Shown piece after piece: positions 6,800-16,575 of a stretch of 42,116 bases of DNA (position 1 is the stretch's first letter; each line of letters starts with the position of its first letter). The stretch covers positions 1 to 42,116 of IMG/VR virus record IMGVR_UViG_3300033232_000031. One strand, given 5' to 3'. The DNA is from a virus. Its lineage: Duplodnaviria; Caudoviricetes. The notes below the pieces were generated by a model. That model saw only the letters and a list, made by a program, of their open reading frames with translations. It was not told the DNA's origin and made no database searches. The position numbers and the translations under genes are program-made.

Positions 6800-8239
6800 A
6801 TGAGTGATAATACTAGGCTGAATCCGGGCGCCTCTGGAGACGAGATTAGAAGCGTCGCTAAAACCGCAGGCGTTAAGACCCAGAGCGTAGTACTCGATCT
6901 CGGAGGCGCGGGAGTTGAATCACTTTTGGCCCCAGGAAATGCTCTTCCAGTCACCGGCCCTGCTACCAATACTGAACTGCGGGCGGTGCCCTTGCCAGTT
7001 TCCGGGCCGCTAACCGATGCAGCATTACGGGCCGCGTCCCTTCCAGTGACTTTCGACCCTTCCCTTGTGAGCTCCTTTGGAGACTTAAACACGGCTGAGT
7101 TATCTAGCCAGGTTTATCTCGATTTTATATACGGGATTAATTCTCAGAAGGGGGAAAGTTCCGTTGTTGCCTCCGGTACGGTAGATACGAATGCCGGGCG
7201 ACTGCGGGTACAAACTGGAACTAATGCGGCGGGTTCAGCAATCTTTAATTCTCGCAAGCCGGTAAAGTATCGTCCCGGCCAAGGAACCGTAGCCCGTTTC
7301 ACTGCGGCGTTTACGACGGGGGTTGCTAGTTCTACTCAGTTCATTGGTGTAGGCAGTTCAACTGACGGATATTTTTACGGGTTCAACGGAGTAACTTTTG
7401 GTATCCTCTGGCGGAACAAAGGGGTAGATACTTGGATTGCGCAGTCTTCCTGGAACGGGGACAAGTGCGATGGAACTGGGGCTTCGGGGCAAACTTGGAA
7501 TCCTGTCTTTGGTAATGTATGCATGATTAAGTATCCGTTTCTTGGGTACGGAAACATCACCTTCTGGGTACAAGATACTGAAACAAGCGCTTGGATACTT
7601 TGCCACACAATCAAGTACGCAAATACGACGGTCGACACACAGCTTGGAAATCCAAACTTGTATTTTTACGCGCAGGCACTTAATACAGGTAATGCCAGCA
7701 ACTTGATTATGTACACCGGGTCAGTTGGAATATTTACTTGCGGCTCTCGGGGGCATTCCAGCGCGCCCAAGTGGGCAGCAGACAATTATAAAGCAGCTAT
7801 TACAGCTGAAACTGCACTTCTAAATATTAAAAATTGTACGTCGTATAACGGGGAAGTTAACAGGGGACTCATTCGCCTCAACAGTGTAACTTTTACAACC
7901 TCGACCACGACCAAGACGGCGGCTGCAGGCTTCTTACGTTTTCGCGTCGGAGCGACACTTGGGGGTACTCCAGCATACGAACCCGTCGCTGGCACAAGTG
8001 CAGACAATGGGATTACAATCACCGCAGGGAATTCTGTTGCTAGTGTAGATAAAGCAGCAACAACTGTTGCCGATGGTACACTTATTTTTTCCATTAGTCT
8101 TTCCGACGCAGGAAATACAATACTGGATTTAACAGATTATGAAATCTCTGTCGGGCCGAGCGAAACTTTAACTCTAAGTGGATTCGGAACCAGTGCGTTG
8201 TTTATGAGCGCTACAACCACCTGGACGGAGGATCAGTAA
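6800..8239 (+). CDS. putative virion structural/fibre protein (479 aa)
   Basis: G/T/S/A-rich, beta-strand-like sequence; in the late operon. Confidence 0.7.
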   Translation: MSDNTRLNPGASGDEIRSVAKTAGVKTQSVVLDLGGAGVESLLAPGNALPVTGPATNTELRAVPLPVSGPLTDAALRAASLPVTFDPSLVSSFGDLNTAELSSQVYLDFIYGINSQKGESSVVASGTVDTNAGRLRVQTGTNAAGSAIFNSRKPVKYRPGQGTVARFTAAFTTGVASSTQFIGVGSSTDGYFYGFNGVTFGILWRNKGVDTWIAQSSWNGDKCDGTGASGQTWNPVFGNVCMIKYPFLGYGNITFWVQDTETSAWILCHTIKYANTTVDTQLGNPNLYFYAQALNTGNASNLIMYTGSVGIFTCGSRGHSSAPKWAADNYKAAITAETALLNIKNCTSYNGEVNRGLIRLNSVTFTTSTTTKTAAAGFLRFRVGATLGGTPAYEPVAGTSADNGITITAGNSVASVDKAATTVADGTLIFSISLSDAGNTILDLTDYEISVGPSETLTLSGFGTSALFMSATTTWTEDQ

Positions 8240-8613
8240 TGTTGCTGCCACTTCTCGCAAACCTGGGAATGTTCGGCATTGCGCCGCCAGTGCCAAGTCT
8301 AGTTACTGGCGGCATTTCTCGCGTGGTGCAGCAGGCGAAAGCTGCCGAAGCTACGGTTCGTCTTGGATTTGATTTTCTCTCAAAGTTGCGTTCGGGCGAG
8401 TGGATTGAGTCGGTAGATCTCGGCATTTTTGTATACAAAGGCGAAGCAGCTGCGTCAACTTTAGTCCTGGAAGGCTCCCCAACCATTCTGCGTACAGGGA
8501 TAAGTCAGCTTCTCTCCGGCGGCGATCGCGGGACAGTATACTTTATCGAGTGTATAGCCCAGACAAATCTCGGCCGGAAGCCTTACCTCACATCTTACCT
8601 CACGGTGCGTTGA
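8239..8613 (+). CDS. virion protein, fibre-adaptor-like; paralogue of next gene
   Basis: FDF...L..GE.I.S / Q.L.GG..G.VY.I.C.A.T..G pattern shared with 8613..8927. Confidence 0.7.
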   Translation: MLLPLLANLGMFGIAPPVPSLVTGGISRVVQQAKAAEATVRLGFDFLSKLRSGEWIESVDLGIFVYKGEAAASTLVLEGSPTILRTGISQLLSGGDRGTVYFIECIAQTNLGRKPYLTSYLTVR

Positions 8614-8927
8614 TGTTTTACAGGACTACTCTTGATGCTAAAATCCCCTCAGCGGACGTCGTCGCGAGCTTCGATTTCGCCCAAGACCTCGCCATCGATG
8701 AAACAATCCTCTCAGCTAGCACTACAGCGGCTGTCTACTCCGGCACGGACGCGTTCCCAAGTGCGCTCCTCGACGGCCTCCCCACGATCAGCGGGCGGCA
8801 GGTCCTCCAAAACCTAACTGGCGGAGTTCTCGGCGTGGTGTATTACATTTACTGTGCTGCAACAACGTCCTTGGGGCAGGTCCTGTCGCGGGAAGCCTTC
8901 CTCGCCTTAGCCCCGGAGGCAGCATGA
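8613..8927 (+). CDS. virion protein, fibre-adaptor-like (104 aa)
   Basis: TGATG coupling; paralogous to the previous gene. Confidence 0.7.
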   Translation: MFYRTTLDAKIPSADVVASFDFAQDLAIDETILSASTTAAVYSGTDAFPSALLDGLPTISGRQVLQNLTGGVLGVVYYIYCAATTSLGQVLSREAFLALAPEAA

Positions 8928-10396
8928 GTCAGGTTACTCTTACTGCCGACTTGATCGAGAGCTTCGCAGGCACCTTCATCTCCCCGAAGTATGATCAAGC
9001 ATGTCCAGTCCCCGTTTTCCATCGGCAGGCCTGGGAGCTTTATGCTTCCGACCACCAATCCGTAATGGTTATCGCTCCGCGAGATCATGCGAAGTCCAGC
9101 GCCTTGTCGATGGATTACATCCTTGCAGAAGTTTTGTTTCGTCGCAGTGACTATGTGATTATGATAGGCTCCACGGAAGATGGCGCAGCAGAGCAGCTTG
9201 GCAATATCGTAGAAGAGCTTATGGAAAACGAAGACCTTATCCGGGAATTCGGAATACATAAGTTCCTTCGGACTTCCAACACCGACATTATCTGCGAGAT
9301 GACTGATGGGCATAGATTTCGCATCCTGGCCCGGGGCGCCGAACAGCGCATCCGGGGCAGGTTATGGAAGGGTAAGCGCCCGAACCTTCTCGTCTGCGAT
9401 GACATGGAAGATGACGAGCAAGTAGAAAATGCCGATCGTCGAAATAAGTTCCGTCGCTGGTTCTTTCGCGCGGCAAAGCAAGCTCTTAGCAAGTCCGGAC
9501 GTATCCGTGTACATGGGACTGTTCTGCACGAAGATTCTCTCCTTAACAGGCTTCGAAAAAACAACACCTGGAAGCATTTGTTTTTCGCAGCTCACGCTGG
9601 CTTTGACGACTTTTCCAATCTCCTTTGGCCGGAACGGTGGTCAGAAGCGCAGCTTAGGGCCAGGCGGCAGGAACTTATCGAAGATGGTGATGCAGCGGGC
9701 TATTCGCAAGAGTTCTTAAACAACCCTCTCGATCACTCGGATGCGTTTCTTAAGATTGCAGACTTTCTTCCCATGAAGGAAGATGACTTCGATGCGGATA
9801 AGATTATCTGCGCGGCTGCAGATTTTGCAGTTTCGCGAGCTGACAAGGCCAATCGAACTGCTTTTGTCGTGGGCGGAAAGGATTTGAATAATATCCTCCA
9901 CCACCTCGATGTACGTAAGGGGCGTTGGGACACAGTCGAGTGGATTGACGAAATGTTTTCTATTCAGTCTCGCTGGAATCCCGACATCTTCTGGGTGGAG
10001 GATGGAGTAATCTGGAAATCTGTCCGCCCGATGGTAATGAGAGAAATGCAGGTCCGTGACATAAGGATCAATTTTGAAGCTATTTTACCTATCAAAGACA
10101 AAGGAACTCGTGGCAGATCCTACCAGCGCCGTATGCGCGCAGGACAGTGTAGGTTCGATAAAAAAGCTGAGTGGTACGCCGACTTCGAGCAGGAAAATCT
10201 GCGCTTTACTGGCACCGCCCAAGCAACTCTTGACGACCAGTTTGACGCAGCAGCACTACTCAGTCGAGGCTTCGACGACCTTGCACAGGTTGAGCCAGAA
10301 GATTTCTACGACGAGGAAGAGTGGGAACTAGATCGTGGGTTTCATAATAGGCCAAGAGCTGCCGCCGACGGGCGGTCTATGGTCACAGGATATTAA
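8924..10396 (+). CDS. terL: terminase large subunit
   Basis: Walker A APRDHAKS, Walker B LLVCDD, coupling motif HGT, SQEFLN, RNase H-like acidic residues (AADFA, DDQFDA). Confidence 0.93.
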   Translation: MSQVTLTADLIESFAGTFISPKYDQACPVPVFHRQAWELYASDHQSVMVIAPRDHAKSSALSMDYILAEVLFRRSDYVIMIGSTEDGAAEQLGNIVEELMENEDLIREFGIHKFLRTSNTDIICEMTDGHRFRILARGAEQRIRGRLWKGKRPNLLVCDDMEDDEQVENADRRNKFRRWFFRAAKQALSKSGRIRVHGTVLHEDSLLNRLRKNNTWKHLFFAAHAGFDDFSNLLWPERWSEAQLRARRQELIEDGDAAGYSQEFLNNPLDHSDAFLKIADFLPMKEDDFDADKIICAAADFAVSRADKANRTAFVVGGKDLNNILHHLDVRKGRWDTVEWIDEMFSIQSRWNPDIFWVEDGVIWKSVRPMVMREMQVRDIRINFEAILPIKDKGTRGRSYQRRMRAGQCRFDKKAEWYADFEQENLRFTGTAQATLDDQFDAAALLSRGFDDLAQVEPEDFYDEEEWELDRGFHNRPRAAADGRSMVTGY

Positions 10397-12448
10397 ATGT
10401 TTATTATTGAAAATCCCCTTACGCTGAATGCCAAGGCAATCACTTCCCCGAATCTGTGCGAGCTGCTAGATGACGAGGACTTGAAACGTATTGGAGAAGA
10501 GTGCTTTGAAGGCTACACGCGGGACGAGCGGTCGCGAGATACTTGGATGAAGCGCAACGAGGCGGGCATGGACTTGGCCTTGCAGATTCAAAAGGACAAG
10601 TCCTTCCCCTGGCCGGGATGCTCAAACGTAGCCTTTCCGCTCGTAACTATTGCCGCGATGCAGTTTCATGCGCGTGCCTACCCTGCTATTGTGAACGGGA
10701 CTGATATTGTCAAGTGCGCTGTATTCGGGGAAGACCCGGAAGGCCAGTTAACTGCGCGCTCCAATCGTATCTCAGCTCACATGAGCTGGCAGTTGCTTTA
10801 TCAAGATAAAACCTGGGAGGAACAGGAAGATAAGGCGATCTTGAATCTAAGCATCATTGGGACTAATTTTAAGAAGTCTTATTATTCCGCTTCCCTCAAG
10901 CACAATGTGTCCGAGCTGGTGCTGGCGAAAGACTTAGTGCTGGATTACTGGAGCAAGTCCGTCGAGGACTCCCCGCGTAAGACCCACAAGCTGCCAATGT
11001 TTAGGAACGAGGTGCATGAGAAAGTCATGCGTGGAGTGTTCAGGGACGTGACTGAAGAGTCCTGGTATAACGCTGCACCTGCGCCAGCAAGGGATATTCA
11101 ACGGATCAATCAAGATAATCGGCAGGGAATTAACGCGCCTCAATCCGATGATACGACCTCTCTCCTATTCCTTGAGCAGCATTGTAACATGGACTTGGAT
11201 GGGGATGGGTACGCAGAACCTTATATCATCACCTTTGAATCTACTTCTAAGTGCGTGTGCAGAATCGTCACACGCTTCGATCGGGAAGAGGATATTGAGC
11301 GCGTAGCTAGCGGCCCGAACAAAGGAAAGATTATCCGTATCACTGCAATGGAATACTTCACAAAGAAGACTTTTATTCCCAGTCCTGATGGAGGTATCTA
11401 TGACATCGGATTTGGTGTATTCCTTGGGCCCCTCAACGAAGCTGTCAATTCTTTGGTTAACATGCTACTTGACTCCGGTACGATGCAGACTACTGGAGGG
11501 GGCTTCCTCGGGCGGGGAGCAAAGATTCGTGGTGGTACAACTACACTGGCGCCGTTTGAATGGAAGCGAGTTGACTCGACTGGCGACGACCTACGTAAGT
11601 CAATCTTTCCCCTTCCCATCAACGCGCCCTCGGATGTTCTGTTTCAACTCTTGAGTCTTCTGATCAATTACACTTCACGTATCAGTGGAACTACAGATGT
11701 CATGGTCGGGGAAAATCCCGGCCAAAATACTCCTGCTAGCTCTATGCAAACAATGGTGGAGATGGGGCAGAAAATCTACACGGCCATCTTCAAGCGGCTG
11801 TGGAGGTCTTCGAAAGAGGAGTTCGCAAAGCTGTATAAGTTAAACGGAATCTTTCTCCCGCTGGATGCGAATCAACCCGGCGGAGCTACGAGAGCCGACT
11901 ATCAAGGCCCTGCGGACAATCTATCCCCCGTTGCTGACCCGAACGTGACGAGTGACTCCATGCGGTTGCAGATGGCCGGTGCGCTGAAGCAAGCATCTAT
12001 GACCACGCCTGGATATAATAAAGACGAGGTGGAAATCCGTTATCTTAAAGCCTTGCGGGTTGACGGAATCCAGACGGTCTTTCCGGGAACTCAAGGCCAG
12101 CCGCCACAGAAGGATCCGAAACTGGCGATTGAAGAAGCTAAGATTGCAGGACGTGCGCAAGAACAGCAAGTGGCCTTGCAAGCTGAAATGCAACGCTTTG
12201 CAATCGAACTGCAAGAAGAACAGCGCGTCAATAATGCTAAGATTATGCAGTTGACTGCCCAAGCTCAGAACGAAGCAGCATCGGCACAGACCGAGGCTTC
12301 TTACGCACAGGTTGCAATCATCAATGCGCAGATTTCGCAAGCGAAGTTGGAAAATGAACGGCTGAATTCGCAGATTGAGCACATGCTGGCGGCGCTGAAG
12401 CTCCGCACAGATTACGACAAAGCAGAGAAATCAAAGGAGACTAAATGA
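10397..12448 (+). CDS. portal protein
   Basis: 683 aa after terL; KSFPWPGCSNV, YDIGFG motifs, Q/A-rich coiled-coil (barrel-like) C-terminus. Confidence 0.88.
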   Translation: MFIIENPLTLNAKAITSPNLCELLDDEDLKRIGEECFEGYTRDERSRDTWMKRNEAGMDLALQIQKDKSFPWPGCSNVAFPLVTIAAMQFHARAYPAIVNGTDIVKCAVFGEDPEGQLTARSNRISAHMSWQLLYQDKTWEEQEDKAILNLSIIGTNFKKSYYSASLKHNVSELVLAKDLVLDYWSKSVEDSPRKTHKLPMFRNEVHEKVMRGVFRDVTEESWYNAAPAPARDIQRINQDNRQGINAPQSDDTTSLLFLEQHCNMDLDGDGYAEPYIITFESTSKCVCRIVTRFDREEDIERVASGPNKGKIIRITAMEYFTKKTFIPSPDGGIYDIGFGVFLGPLNEAVNSLVNMLLDSGTMQTTGGGFLGRGAKIRGGTTTLAPFEWKRVDSTGDDLRKSIFPLPINAPSDVLFQLLSLLINYTSRISGTTDVMVGENPGQNTPASSMQTMVEMGQKIYTAIFKRLWRSSKEEFAKLYKLNGIFLPLDANQPGGATRADYQGPADNLSPVADPNVTSDSMRLQMAGALKQASMTTPGYNKDEVEIRYLKALRVDGIQTVFPGTQGQPPQKDPKLAIEEAKIAGRAQEQQVALQAEMQRFAIELQEEQRVNNAKIMQLTAQAQNEAASAQTEASYAQVAIINAQISQAKLENERLNSQIEHMLAALKLRTDYDKAEKSKETK

Positions 12449-12693
12449 GAACGATGACGGAAGCAGAGTTTAATGAATGGAAATCGCATCCAGGCACACT
12501 GGCTGTGATGGAAATCCTCTCGAACAAGCGGGACGAAATGCGCCGAGCTTGGGAGGGAGGTAGCTTTACCGACTACGATCAAACCACTATGGCTCTGATC
12601 AATGTCGGTAATATCGGGACTTGCAAAGGGTACGCCTTTGTACAGGACCTTGATTATGAAGCGTACCTAGGAGAGTGTGATGACGGAGAATAA
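12445..12693 (+). CDS. hypothetical head-module protein (82 aa)
   Basis: AAGGAG RBS, EFNEWKSHP motif, coupled to portal. Confidence 0.75.
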   Translation: MRTMTEAEFNEWKSHPGTLAVMEILSNKRDEMRRAWEGGSFTDYDQTTMALINVGNIGTCKGYAFVQDLDYEAYLGECDDGE

Positions 12694-13009
12694 GTCTGGG
12701 CTTGACCCCAGAGGAGTAGCGGTTTTGATTGAACTCTACGAACCCGAACGTAAAGGCGCGCAGATCGTACTGCCGGATTCGGTACAAGGACGCTTGAGCA
12801 TGGTGGACAATCGCGCAGTTGTAGTGGCGATCGGGCCGAGTGCTTGGCATGATGAGCCAAGTCCTCGTGCAGCTGTAGGTGAAAAGGTCCTTGTGACTAA
12901 GTTTGCCGGTTTCATGGCCAAGGGGCCGCTTGATGGTAAGATGTATCGCCTGGTCAATGACCGGGATATTTTCTGTGCCATTACCGATGAGGAGGCAAGT
13001 CATGTCTGA
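12680..13009 (+). CDS. GroES/Cpn10-like co-chaperonin
   Basis: LDPRGVAVLI..., IVLPDS, VVVAIGP, VGEKVLVTKFAG, DGKMYRLVNDRDI match the Cpn10 pattern. Confidence 0.8.
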   Translation: MTENKSGLDPRGVAVLIELYEPERKGAQIVLPDSVQGRLSMVDNRAVVVAIGPSAWHDEPSPRAAVGEKVLVTKFAGFMAKGPLDGKMYRLVNDRDIFCAITDEEASHV

Positions 13010-13850
13010 GCAAGAAACTCTAGTCGAAAGTTCTGCTCCTCCTGAAGTTCAGGCGCAAGCCGAGAAAATGGGCTGGATTCCCCCGTCTCGTTTCAAGGGC
13101 CAACCGGAGAAATTCGTTGACGCGGATCTTTATATCGAACGCGGTGAAACTGTTTTACCCATCGTTCGTGAGCAAAACAAGCGACTCCATAATGAACTTG
13201 ATGCTCTGCGTGCTGAGTCTGCCAAGACTACAGCAGCCCTCCGCGCCGCTCAAACTGCCATTGACCAAATTGAAGAGCGCCACACGGTTGAAACGCAAAA
13301 GGCAGTAGAGCAAGCTCGTCGTCAAGTGAAGGCCCAGCTAGCAGCGGCTTCCGAGGCAGGCGATCATGAAGGCGTAGCAGAGCTGGCCGATCAATTGACC
13401 CAGTTGAACGTGGCAGTTCCTACGACTAAGCCTGTAGAAGCGCCACCACCTCCGAGAACATTTACGCCTGACCCAGAATTGGTCGCGTGGAATGAAGAGA
13501 ATCCTTGGTTCGGACAGAACAAACGGAAAACCTCGCTGGCTCTGGGCATTGCTCAGGAACTGCGGGACAACGGAGAAACTAGCACAGGGCGGCAGTTTTT
13601 CGAGAAAGTCGCAGCAGAAGTTGCGAAGGAACTTGGGGAGCAATCTCCTCGTGGAGATAAGGTAGAAGGGGCTAGAGGCGGTGTTGAAGGTGATAGCCGT
13701 TCCTCCGGGCGTAAAGGGTACAATTCCCTTCCTGCTGATGCGAAGCAAGCTTGCGACGCTGAGGCCCGTCGATTCGTCGGCGAGGGGAAAAAGTACAAAA
13801 ATATTGCCGACTGGCGTAGTCGTTACGCTGAGATATATTACGGAGCTTAA
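13002..13850 (+). CDS. capsid scaffolding protein
   Basis: Start MSEQETL after GAGGAGG; AEKMGW.P, coiled coil, W..ENPWF; position before capsid genes. Confidence 0.75.
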   Translation: MSEQETLVESSAPPEVQAQAEKMGWIPPSRFKGQPEKFVDADLYIERGETVLPIVREQNKRLHNELDALRAESAKTTAALRAAQTAIDQIEERHTVETQKAVEQARRQVKAQLAAASEAGDHEGVAELADQLTQLNVAVPTTKPVEAPPPPRTFTPDPELVAWNEENPWFGQNKRKTSLALGIAQELRDNGETSTGRQFFEKVAAEVAKELGEQSPRGDKVEGARGGVEGDSRSSGRKGYNSLPADAKQACDAEARRFVGEGKKYKNIADWRSRYAEIYYGA

Positions 13851-13852
13851 TC

Positions 13853-14377
13853 ATGGAAATCAAATCAATTAACCCAGCTTCTACTGCAGATGGAAAATCT
13901 TCCTCGGAGCGGAAGCGCATCCCAATGTCGGTGCCAGTTCAGCGGCTCGAAACCGCTGATATTCCTGGCTATCATCTTCATTGGTTTACCTCGTCCCCCG
14001 AGCGGCTTCAACGAGCCCTTGATGGCGGGTATGAGTTCGTAGATGAACGTGAGATGAAGATTAATAACGTTTCCCTTGGCGGCGATAGCGCAGTCAGTGG
14101 AAATGCTGACATGGGTTCCAGAGTAAGTGTTGTCTCCGGACAAGAGATAGGTAAGGACGGCCAGCCAACTCGACTGATTCTGATGAAGATCCGGCAAGAG
14201 TGGTGGGACGAGGACCAGAAACAGGTCGAGGCTAGGAACACGAAAGTGCGAGATTCACTTCTTGGCGGAATGATTGGAGCTGAACACGATCAACGTGGAG
14301 ACGCCCAACACCGCTATGTGGACAAGACACGAACGCAGATTCCAGAGTTTTTCAAACCCAAGCGTAAAAGCGCTTAA
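13853..14377 (+). CDS. conserved head-module hypothetical protein
   Basis: PGYHLHW...GGYEFV...LILMKI pattern; in operon. Confidence 0.75.
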   Translation: MEIKSINPASTADGKSSSERKRIPMSVPVQRLETADIPGYHLHWFTSSPERLQRALDGGYEFVDEREMKINNVSLGGDSAVSGNADMGSRVSVVSGQEIGKDGQPTRLILMKIRQEWWDEDQKQVEARNTKVRDSLLGGMIGAEHDQRGDAQHRYVDKTRTQIPEFFKPKRKSA

Positions 14378-14394
14378 CCAACGGAGATCTTGAC

Positions 14395-15003
14395 ATGGCA
14401 AATGCAAATCGTCCGGCGGGGTTTATTCCTGTTCAGTACCTAAACGGTGCTCCTTGGAATGGCCAAGCTCGGATTTATTCTATCGCGGCGGCTTACGCTA
14501 CCGCGCTTTACATCGGTGACCCGGTAAAGTCCAGTGGGACTGCCAACGCTGATGGTGTTCCAGGCATCGTTCTGGGCGGTGCAACCGGCGGGCTGCGCGG
14601 TGTGATTGTTGGCCTAGGTACGCAGGAGGGTCTTATGGCCAATCCTGGAAACCTAGACGTTACATACCGTCCAGGTGCTGCAACGGCAAAAGACTGGTAC
14701 GCAATGGTCGTAGATGACCCGAACGTACTGTTCGAAATCCAAGAGACGGCTAATACTGTCCAGCTTGCTGCGGCAGACATTGGCTTGAATACTGTTCCAG
14801 TTGCTGCAGCTGGCAATGGTTTCACTTCCGGATGGCAACTTGCCTCCGCAACTGACGCGATTCCTGCAGTAACTGCGACTCTTCAGCTCAAGCTGATGGG
14901 CCTGGTTCGTCGTCAGCAAAACGCGTTTGGCGCTTACGCCAAGCATCTGGTTCAAATCAACGTTCATGAGCTTGCCCACGGCACAGGCTCGCTAGGGGTA
15001 TAA
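14395..15003 (+). CDS. capsid decoration/cement protein
   Basis: MAN.N.P.GF.P start, LYIGDPV, VVDDPNVLFEIQ; immediately upstream of the major capsid gene. Confidence 0.7.
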   Translation: MANANRPAGFIPVQYLNGAPWNGQARIYSIAAAYATALYIGDPVKSSGTANADGVPGIVLGGATGGLRGVIVGLGTQEGLMANPGNLDVTYRPGAATAKDWYAMVVDDPNVLFEIQETANTVQLAAADIGLNTVPVAAAGNGFTSGWQLASATDAIPAVTATLQLKLMGLVRRQQNAFGAYAKHLVQINVHELAHGTGSLGV

Positions 15004-15004
15004 C

Positions 15005-15925
15005 ATGGCTGGCGGCGTTATCAATACAGGCTCGCATCCTAAACTGCTCTGGCCCGGCGTCTTTACGACCTGGGGTCAAATCTACGATCAGCACGCGAAG
15101 GAGTACACTGACTTGTACGACATTCGCACGTCTGATAAGGCTTACGAACAGGGCGTGCAAGTCACCCCGTTCGGCCTCGCTCCTGTCAAGGGCCAAGGTG
15201 CTCCGGTCACTTACGACTCGGAGATCCAGGGTGTTGTTTCAACCTACACCCATATCGCCTACGCTCTCGGCTTTATCGTAACCTTCGAAGAACTGCGTGA
15301 TAACCAGTACAAAGAAGTTGCGACTCGCCGCGCAGAAGCAAATGCGTTCTCGATGAACCAGACAGTGGAAAACATTGCTGCATTCCCGTACAACAACGCT
15401 TTCGCCACGACGTACTTCGCTACGGCTGACGGCGCCTCGCTTGTCTCGACTGCCCACGTGAATGCTACTGGTGGTACGTTTAGTAACGCGCTGTCCCCTG
15501 CAGCTGACTTGTCGGAAGCTGCCCTGGAAGACTTGACCATTCAGATCATGGGTGCGCAGAATGATACTGGCTTGCTGATCAACATCATGCCAGAATCGCT
15601 GCATATCTCCCGGCAGGAATGGTACAATGCGAACCGGATTCTGCAGTCTGTGCTGCAATCCGGCGGAGCAAATAATGACATCAACGTGCTGAAGGCTACT
15701 AATGCTTTCCCCAAAGGCATCAAGATGAATCATTATTTCAACTCTCCGCATGCTTGGTTCATTCGCACGAATGCGCCTAATGGTATGACCTTCTTCTGGC
15801 GCGATGAGCCGATGTTCGATCAGGACAACGACTTTGATACCAAGAATGCAAAGGCTGCGAGCTACATGCGCCTAAGCGTGGGTTGTACTGATCCGCGTGG
15901 TATCTACGGTAGCGATGGCCCCTAA
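15005..15925 (+). CDS. major capsid protein
   Basis: 306 aa; LLWPG, YALGFIVTFE...DN.Y, DLSEAALE, DFDTKN...D.RGIYGS.G motifs. Confidence 0.88.
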   Translation: MAGGVINTGSHPKLLWPGVFTTWGQIYDQHAKEYTDLYDIRTSDKAYEQGVQVTPFGLAPVKGQGAPVTYDSEIQGVVSTYTHIAYALGFIVTFEELRDNQYKEVATRRAEANAFSMNQTVENIAAFPYNNAFATTYFATADGASLVSTAHVNATGGTFSNALSPAADLSEAALEDLTIQIMGAQNDTGLLINIMPESLHISRQEWYNANRILQSVLQSGGANNDINVLKATNAFPKGIKMNHYFNSPHAWFIRTNAPNGMTFFWRDEPMFDQDNDFDTKNAKAASYMRLSVGCTDPRGIYGSDGP

Positions 15926-15933
15926 ACCTTAGC

Positions 15934-15976
15934 TAATGTTCGTGTGGATTATTTTACCATAAACCACGCGAACATT
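15934..15976 (+). other. long hairpin after capsid gene containing operator-like motif copy 4 (15942-15969)
   Basis: aatgttcgtgtgg...ccacgcgaacatt inverted repeat; no clear U-tract. Confidence 0.5.
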
Positions 15977-16071
15977 GTCAAAGGCTTAGTTTATAGCGTA
16001 CTGGCGCTTTCCAGTAATTAGGGCTCCAAGGAGCGTTAATCAACCAGGGTTTCGGCCCTTAGGAGAACCAT

Positions 16072-16575
16072 ATGGGTATTTCAATTGATGCAGATAAGGT
16101 AGACGACCTCCGAAAGTTGTCGGCGTTCTTTGAGTTTATCTCAAATCCGCAGGCGTATAAGGACTTTCTTAGCGAAGCCAAAGCCGTGTTAGGGACAATG
16201 GATAAAACCATTACTGCGCACACGACTGTAGAAAAGGCGGAGGAGTACTTGGCCCTTGCGCAGCGGAAGGTTGCAGAAGTAAATCTGGCCGTGGAAGAGC
16301 ATAATAAGAAAGTTGCAGCGGATAAGCAAGCGGCGGAAACTTTACTTGAGCAAGAGCGGGCTGCTTTGCAAGCAGGCGAAAGTCGTCTAGCGGAAGAAAA
16401 GATTGCTTTTGCAAAGATGTCAGAGGAGTTGAAGGTTGCACAGAAAGCTGCAGAAGATTTTGCTAAGTCTTTAACTGCTCGCGAAAGTGTTTTGACGGCT
16501 AAGGAAACTCAGTATGCTGTGCGTCTCCAGGCGATGGAGACCAAGCAAGCAAAACTGACGGAGTTGCTGAAATGA
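16072..16575 (+). CDS. coiled-coil protein (167 aa)
   Basis: AGGAG RBS; A/E/K-rich heptads. Confidence 0.75.
   Translation: MGISIDADKVDDLRKLSAFFEFISNPQAYKDFLSEAKAVLGTMDKTITAHTTVEKAEEYLALAQRKVAEVNLAVEEHNKKVAADKQAAETLLEQERAALQAGESRLAEEKIAFAKMSEELKVAQKAAEDFAKSLTARESVLTAKETQYAVRLQAMETKQAKLTELLK

Noticed and set aside
9074-9100. TerL Walker A with D in place of G (APRDHAKS)
   Set aside because: Deviant Walker A motifs are common in terminases; the catalytic Lys-Ser is retained
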